DNA of 40,893 nucleotides from a phage: sequence record PZ513996.1; one strand, 5' to 3'. Shown piece by piece: positions 35,131 to 40,893 of this stretch (position 1 is its first letter; each line of letters starts with the position of its first letter). The notes under the pieces were generated by a model. It saw only the letters and a program-made list of their open reading frames with translations, ran no database searches and was not told where the DNA came from. The position numbers and the translations under genes were made by a program.

Positions 35131-38100
35131 ATGGCCTATAGCTGGCAAGAACAAATTCTACCAGCTGGTGCACAGACTGTCCCAGTAGAGATCAACTATC
35201 TCGACCGTTCCTACATTTACTTGTACGTGAACCGTGAAGAGGTATTTGATTTTACTTGGGACAGTGATACGCGCATCCGCTTTGACAAGCCTCTCGATGC
35301 AGAGAGCACTGTACTGATTGTACGTCGCACTGCTAAAGAGTTTCTTTACATCATGTTCTCAGAAGGCGCTGCCTTTATTAAGGAGAACTTAGACACTCAG
35401 AATACCCAGTTCCTGCACTTAGCTCAGGAACTGGTAGAAGGTCGCAGTATCGAAGGTTTCTTTGGTACTATCAACATGAACGGCTTCCGCATCATTAATC
35501 TGGCAGCAGGTAAGGACGCTACGGATGCAGTTAATAAGTCACAGCTGGATGAGGTGAGTACCAGGGTAGATAACATCGAAGGTGCATTTAACGGTGTTAC
35601 CTCCAGCTACCCTATGTACTTCAACACTACTGAACCTACTAAAGAGTTCCGAATTGCCCTTAACTTCACAAAGGCAGCAGTGTACATTAACGGGGTGTGT
35701 CAAACTCCGGGGTACAGTTACACCATTAGGGACAATACAGTAATACTAGCCGACCCTGTTCCCGCAGGTACTCACGTATTCATGCGACTAGGTGAGGATG
35801 TTCTGGAAGGAGGTTATGCTACTACTGAGAGTTTAGCTGCACTGAGTAACGCCTTAACTCGCATAGACGGGCCTGAGGTTAATCCTGAGTATTACCACCC
35901 TCATTGGAGAGATTCCTTTGACGTACGTGGATGGGGAGTAGCAGGTGATGCAGTTACGGATGATACGGCAGCACTTCAAGCCATGCTGGCAGCAGCGGCC
36001 CCTAATCAGTACATAGACGGTAAAGGTTTAACTTTTAAAGTAACTGCCTTACCTGACCTCAGCCGCTTCCGCAATGCCGCGTTTAAGTATGAGCGCTTAG
36101 CGGGTCAGCCTCTTACTTATGTATCGGAGGGTTATTTCGAAGCAGGTCTTACTAAGATTACAGACACCCCGTTCTACAATGCGTGGACTCAGGATAAGTC
36201 TTTCGTATATGATAATGTAATATACGCACCATTCATGGCAGGTGAACGGCATGGCGTACAGAACCTGCATGTAGCATGGGTACGTTCAGGTGACGATGGT
36301 CAGACGTGGACGATGCCAGAATGGCTTACTCCTATCCACCCTAACTATGCCTCAGGTGTTAACTACCATTGTATGAGCATGGGTGTTTCTAATAACCGCT
36401 TGTACATGCTAGTAGAGACCCGTAATCTATCTGACGCTAGGAGGGTACGGGCGGAGATGTGGTCGCGCCCAATGCCGTATGCTCGTAGGCCTACTGGGGG
36501 TATCAGCACAGTGGCTGGGGATAACTTCGCTACTGTAGTACTTCCTATGCATGGGCTTAAGGTAGGAGATACTATTAACTTCTCGAACTCTGGGGTTACG
36601 GGTGTTTCAGGTAATACTGTAGTACGTACCGTAGTTGACGCTAATACTATTACAGTACCTTTAACTAACGCAGCTGCCTCAACGTTGACCAACGCCGGGG
36701 TTACTTGGAGCTTTGGTACACGTTTCTGGGACTGCCAGTGGGAAGTGACCTTACTGCCGGGAATCGCATACTCTACTAACGCTGACTTAGCTGTAACTGA
36801 AACCCATAGCTTTACCGCCCTTGAAGGTAACGCAGTTGCAGTAGGTTATCATAACGGTGACGTCTCTCCTAGACGTTTAGGTATTCTGTACTTCCCTGAT
36901 GTGTACAACAATCCCGGAGTATTTGAACGTCGTACAGTGTCTCAGGAGTACGCGAACGATGCCTCCGAACCTTGCATACGCTATTACGACGGGGAGTTGT
37001 ATCTTACTACTCGGGGAACATCCGCCACCTCCGCAGGTTCTACCTTGGCACGTAGTACTAACTCAGGCTTGACTTGGGAGTACTTACGTTTCCCTAACAA
37101 GGTACATCACAGTAACCTACCTTTTGCTAAGGTGGGGGACGAGTTGTATATCTTCTCAAGCGAGCGGGCTGCAAACGAGTGGGAAGCGGATACCCCTGAT
37201 AACCGTTACAACGGTAATTACGCACGCACCTTTATGTGCAAGGTTAACGTCCGTAACTGGCCTAGCTCATTAGATGAGGTGCAGTGGTTTAATGTTACCG
37301 ACCAGATTTATCAGGGTAACATAGTTAACTCCTCAGTAGGGGTAGGTTCTGTATGCGTTAAGGATGGGTGGCTGTACTATCTGTTCGGCGGAGAGGATTT
37401 CTTATCCCCGTGGTCCATTGGAGGTAACTCTGCTAAGCGCTGGTACGTGCAGGATGGTCATCCTACTGACCTGTACAGCTACCGTATTAAGGTAGGTCCG
37501 CAGCAGCATGTGTCTCGCGACTTTAAATACGGGGCAGCACCTAACCGTACTGTACCTGTGTCCATGGGGGTAGACGGGTTACGCCATGTTTCAGCGCCTA
37601 TGGTCTTTGATGAGAGCGTAGAGGTTAACTCCTTACGTGTTACAGGTACTGGGCATAACGGAATCCCTGCTGTACGGTCTGAAGTACTTCTGGACGGGGA
37701 TTACGGTCAGATTTACAAGTCAGTGCCTACTGGTAACCCAGCACAGCAACGGCTTATTCTGAGCGGGGGGTCAGGTAACTCCGCTGCCTCTGGCGCTATT
37801 GTGCAACTCTATGGATCTAATCACAGTACGCCTAATAGGGCAGTCCTGTACGCAACGGGAGGTGTCTACACTCAAAACAACCTGCTACCTTATAACGACT
37901 CCTCTGTAGCATTAGGGGGCGCGTCTAATAGATGGAGTACGGTGTATGCTGTTACAGGCACTATCAATACTTCTGACGGTACTCTTAAAACAGCCCCGGA
38001 GGAAGTGGAATCGGCACTGTTAGATGCTTGGGCGGATGTACACATCATTAGCTTTAAGTGGCTTGACAGTCTAGCTACTAAAGGGGACGCTGCTCGTACT

Positions 38101-38379
38101 CACTTTGGTGTAATAGCACAGCAGGTGCGTGACGTGCTCGTTACGCACGGACTTATGGAGCCTGATGCTACTTCATGTAAGTACGGGTTCCTGTGCCACG
38201 ATGAGTACCCTGAGATGGTGGAACATGACGAGGAAGGTAATGTAAGTGTAATTACTCCTGCAGGAAGTCGTTGGGGTATTCGACCTGACCAGATGTTCTT
38301 CATTGAGATGCTGTACCAGCGTAGAGAGCTTGCCCGTCTAAAGGAGCAGGTAAAATCGCTGGCACATAATAAGGAGTAA
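35131..38379 (+). CDS. tail fiber/tailspike: T7 gp17-like adaptor + Asp-box (sialidase-like) domain + C-terminal intramolecular chaperone; endosialidase-like
   Basis: 1082 aa; N-terminus aligns with T7 gp17 (RIINLAAGKDATDAVNKSQL vs RIVNLANAVDDRDAVPFGQL); Asp-boxes SGDDGQTW and STNSGLTW; C-terminus LDAWADVHIISFKW...THFGVIAQQVRDVL typical of the auto-cleaving chaperone domain. Confidence 0.7.
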   Translation: MAYSWQEQILPAGAQTVPVEINYLDRSYIYLYVNREEVFDFTWDSDTRIRFDKPLDAESTVLIVRRTAKEFLYIMFSEGAAFIKENLDTQNTQFLHLAQELVEGRSIEGFFGTINMNGFRIINLAAGKDATDAVNKSQLDEVSTRVDNIEGAFNGVTSSYPMYFNTTEPTKEFRIALNFTKAAVYINGVCQTPGYSYTIRDNTVILADPVPAGTHVFMRLGEDVLEGGYATTESLAALSNALTRIDGPEVNPEYYHPHWRDSFDVRGWGVAGDAVTDDTAALQAMLAAAAPNQYIDGKGLTFKVTALPDLSRFRNAAFKYERLAGQPLTYVSEGYFEAGLTKITDTPFYNAWTQDKSFVYDNVIYAPFMAGERHGVQNLHVAWVRSGDDGQTWTMPEWLTPIHPNYASGVNYHCMSMGVSNNRLYMLVETRNLSDARRVRAEMWSRPMPYARRPTGGISTVAGDNFATVVLPMHGLKVGDTINFSNSGVTGVSGNTVVRTVVDANTITVPLTNAAASTLTNAGVTWSFGTRFWDCQWEVTLLPGIAYSTNADLAVTETHSFTALEGNAVAVGYHNGDVSPRRLGILYFPDVYNNPGVFERRTVSQEYANDASEPCIRYYDGELYLTTRGTSATSAGSTLARSTNSGLTWEYLRFPNKVHHSNLPFAKVGDELYIFSSERAANEWEADTPDNRYNGNYARTFMCKVNVRNWPSSLDEVQWFNVTDQIYQGNIVNSSVGVGSVCVKDGWLYYLFGGEDFLSPWSIGGNSAKRWYVQDGHPTDLYSYRIKVGPQQHVSRDFKYGAAPNRTVPVSMGVDGLRHVSAPMVFDESVEVNSLRVTGTGHNGIPAVRSEVLLDGDYGQIYKSVPTGNPAQQRLILSGGSGNSAASGAIVQLYGSNHSTPNRAVLYATGGVYTQNNLLPYNDSSVALGGASNRWSTVYAVTGTINTSDGTLKTAPEEVESALLDAWADVHIISFKWLDSLATKGDAARTHFGVIAQQVRDVLVTHGLMEPDATSCKYGFLCHDEYPEMVEHDEEGNVSVITPAGSRWGIRPDQMFFIEMLYQRRELARLKEQVKSLAHNKE

Positions 38380-40893
38380 ATGAACCTTACTCGTATTCGT
38401 GAGCAGCTTCTTACTAGTCCTAATCTTGATGCGCGTATGCGCTACAGCCTGAGCAGTAACGAAGAGTTACTTGCAGGTCTTGCAGATGATAAAGGTCTGG
38501 TTAAGCTGCTGCGTAATACTGAAGTAGAAGGTGCTAGTGCTATTCGTCGTATTGCTCAAACTATCCTTAAAGCATTAGGTGCTAAGGTAGAAGGTAATGC
38601 CTTGAACTCTGTGCTTGATTCCTATGATGCGCTTCTGGATGTAGCTGCTAAAGAGCGTGGTGTTACCCGTTATAAGTCTCAGGCATTATCTGAGTACGGT
38701 GAGTTCGCCGATACGGCTAATGGTGCAGTTAAGCAGTTAGATAGCTTTAAGAAGACGTTCGCTCGCAGCTTTAGCCTGTACGATAACATTGCTGAAGGCT
38801 CTAAAGACCTAGCAGACCTGCTAGTAGCCGACGGCGCAGCAGTAGGTGCACGTCGTCCTTCTGTAGCTGACTATAAGCGTAACCTACAGTTAGAGCTTGA
38901 TGGTGCAGCCTCTGTAGTTGAGAAGGCCATTATCGATTCCCTGCGTGCAGATGGTATTGGTTTACTGGATGCGTTCTTGCAACGTAACAAGTTCAAAGCT
39001 GCTCGTCGTGAGCGTGAGTCTAAACTTGCACAATACCTTGACCAAGCATACTCAGCGGAGACAGCAGGTCGTGAGATTCCTACCCCTCCTCAGGATATTG
39101 CCCCGTTAGTTAAGGCGTATGTAGACTCTGAGTGGGCTACTAAATGGTATGACCATCTCCAGAAGTCTGGACTGGTTGAGGTGGATTCTCAGATTAAGCG
39201 TAGTCCTTACTACTTCCCACGCTCGTACAGCTACGATGCTATTCGTCAGCAGATTAACACTGGCGCGCGTCAGGCTTCTGACTACCGCGACCTGTTCAGT
39301 CAAGCCCTGCGTGATATCTATCCAGATATGACAGCTGAGGTTGCTGGTCGCGTAGCTCGTGAGATGTTCGAAAGCATCTATGATGGTAAGTCTAAGCAGA
39401 CTGGTCCGGCATGGCGTAGTATTCTGGGCGGTGTAGGCAACGAAGTTATCGTTGATGCAATGCGTGCAGCAGGCGTAGCAGACGACCAGATTCGTAACTT
39501 CCTTACTACTAACGTAGCACGCGAAGCGACTCAGACTTCTCGGGTTAAGAACCTGCGTACTCGTAACCGCTTTGACTTGCAGAAGGAGTATGTAGTTAAT
39601 GGCCAGGCTATGCGTATGGCGGATATTCTGGATACTGACGTAGCTAAGCAGATGCAAGGTTATACTAACCGTGTATCAGGTCGTGTAGCATTTGCATACG
39701 CGGGTGTAACTGACTTGAATGCACTGGAAGGTATGATTAACACAGCTAAGTCTACAGTACGCGACCCAGACCGTTATCAGAAGCATGTAGATGATACTAT
39801 CGACTTCATGGTAGGCGCACCTGTTCAGGGTTCAGAAGTTCCGGAGATATTCCGCGCTGCTGGTAACCTTGCCAACGCCACCGTACTTAAGAACTCCGGT
39901 TTGTATCAGCTGGCAGATACTGCGCTTGCTATGAAAGAGTTCGGGATGACCCGAGTACTCCGCAGCATGAAGAAAGAAAAGTGGTGGAAGGAAGCTACAG
40001 CTGTCGCTAAAGACGCTAGTCAATCCGCTCGTCTTGATTCTATCCTGCGTGGTAGCATTCAGAAGGAACTTCGGTTCCGTTGGTTGAACTCTTACGCTGA
40101 TGATAACTTAGACCTTACCCGTAGTTCCCGCTGGTTTAACATCACTCAGAACATCGGTCAGGCTGCACGTCACGTAAACGGTATGGGTCTGGTGCATCGT
40201 CTTCAGACTAACGTTAACGCAGGTATCGTAATGGATGAGCTTAAGCTCATGCTGAACGGAGATGCAGAAGCTACTAAGCGTTTACAGCGTTGGGGTCTTG
40301 ACCCTGAACTTGCTAAGCGTATGCAAGCTGCTGCTAGTCCTGATGTTGATGCTTTACTGCCAGATGACTTACAGCTTCAGCTAGAGATTATTGGTACTCG
40401 TCTAATGGACCATGTTATCCAGCAGATTCGTGTAGGTGAGACTTCTCACTTTGCACAGTTCAGTCCAGTAGGTCGCGTAGTAGTTGGTTACGGTAGCTTT
40501 GCTGTAGCAGGTACTAACAAGATTCTACGTCGTGAATACCGTGATAACGGCTGGATTGGCTTAGCCCATCTCGCTGCGTATCAGTTCCCTTTGATGTACC
40601 TTATTACTCAAGCTCGTTTCGCTGCTGACGGTAAGCAGGAATCAGAAGGTAAGATTATCGCAGAAGCTGTTAAAGCTATGAGTATACTAGGCGGCTTCAG
40701 CTTCGTGACTGATATCTTCAGCGACCAGTCCCCACGTCATAGCCTGACCGCTACTGGATATGCTATGAACATCTTAGGACTGATTCAGAAGGTAGCAGCA
40801 GGAGAAGCAGACCTTAAAGACGTGTCCCGTAGTCTCCCGCTCTTGCAGGAGTTCATGCCTACCCGTGCAATCATTAATAACTTTGGAGATTAA
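38380..40893 (+). CDS. large internal virion protein (T7 gp16-like), C-terminal segment; first 41 codons after ATG duplicate the end of 1828..3213
   Basis: 837 aa; ATG at 38380 replaces ACT of the other copy; nt 38383..38505 identical to 3088..3210. Confidence 0.5.
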   Translation: MNLTRIREQLLTSPNLDARMRYSLSSNEELLAGLADDKGLVKLLRNTEVEGASAIRRIAQTILKALGAKVEGNALNSVLDSYDALLDVAAKERGVTRYKSQALSEYGEFADTANGAVKQLDSFKKTFARSFSLYDNIAEGSKDLADLLVADGAAVGARRPSVADYKRNLQLELDGAASVVEKAIIDSLRADGIGLLDAFLQRNKFKAARRERESKLAQYLDQAYSAETAGREIPTPPQDIAPLVKAYVDSEWATKWYDHLQKSGLVEVDSQIKRSPYYFPRSYSYDAIRQQINTGARQASDYRDLFSQALRDIYPDMTAEVAGRVAREMFESIYDGKSKQTGPAWRSILGGVGNEVIVDAMRAAGVADDQIRNFLTTNVAREATQTSRVKNLRTRNRFDLQKEYVVNGQAMRMADILDTDVAKQMQGYTNRVSGRVAFAYAGVTDLNALEGMINTAKSTVRDPDRYQKHVDDTIDFMVGAPVQGSEVPEIFRAAGNLANATVLKNSGLYQLADTALAMKEFGMTRVLRSMKKEKWWKEATAVAKDASQSARLDSILRGSIQKELRFRWLNSYADDNLDLTRSSRWFNITQNIGQAARHVNGMGLVHRLQTNVNAGIVMDELKLMLNGDAEATKRLQRWGLDPELAKRMQAAASPDVDALLPDDLQLQLEIIGTRLMDHVIQQIRVGETSHFAQFSPVGRVVVGYGSFAVAGTNKILRREYRDNGWIGLAHLAAYQFPLMYLITQARFAADGKQESEGKIIAEAVKAMSILGGFSFVTDIFSDQSPRHSLTATGYAMNILGLIQKVAAGEADLKDVSRSLPLLQEFMPTRAIINNFGD
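38383..38505 (+). repeat. 123-nt exact direct repeat, copy 2 (partner 3088..3210)
   Basis: read directly; downstream sequence diverges (taattgacg vs ctgctgcgt). Confidence 0.9.

Noticed and set aside
700-40023. Remaining minus-strand ORFs of 60-220 aa (e.g. 700..1083, 9694..10359, 20575..21108, 39106..39657)
   Set aside because: All lie inside strong + strand genes, have no recognisable motifs, and every identified gene is on the + strand.
1-40893. tRNA, rRNA, integrase, repressor or attachment site
   Set aside because: No cloverleaf-like or rRNA-like sequence and no recombinase or repressor motif found by reading the translations.

Overview
This ~40.9 kb window is a near-complete gene set of a T7-supergroup podophage (Autographiviridae-like, closest in organisation to phiKMV-type phages), all coding on the + strand. 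Recognisable genes: single-subunit RNA polymerase, primase, DnaB-like helicase, family-A DNA polymerase in two ORFs, 5'-3' exonuclease, endonuclease VII, two HNH endonucleases, metallophosphoesterase, portal, scaffold, major capsid, tail tubular A/B, internal virion proteins, a gp17-type tail fiber with Asp-box sialidase-like domain and C-terminal chaperone, a second beta-helix tailspike, SAR endolysin, holin, u-spanin, and terminase small/large subunits. Two paralogous pentapeptide-repeat proteins, a Rha/KilAC-like antirepressor and a small C5-methyltransferase-like protein are the most interesting accessory genes. The arrangement does not look like a native contiguous genome. Every credible ORF starts at a coordinate equal to 1 mod 3 and begins immediately after the previous stop, module order is inverted gene by gene (capsid -> scaffold -> portal; helicase -> primase), and at least five short sequences that would be natural gene overlaps are duplicated at non-adjacent junctions. 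The large internal virion protein is split into two segments sharing an exact 123-nt repeat. I read this as inference: the window is most likely a head-to-tail concatenation of individually excised CDS in reverse transcription order (or a refactored/misassembled construct). Gene calls below are from motifs read in the supplied translations; no database search was run. Start coordinates are the first start codon after the preceding in-frame stop and may not be the native start.
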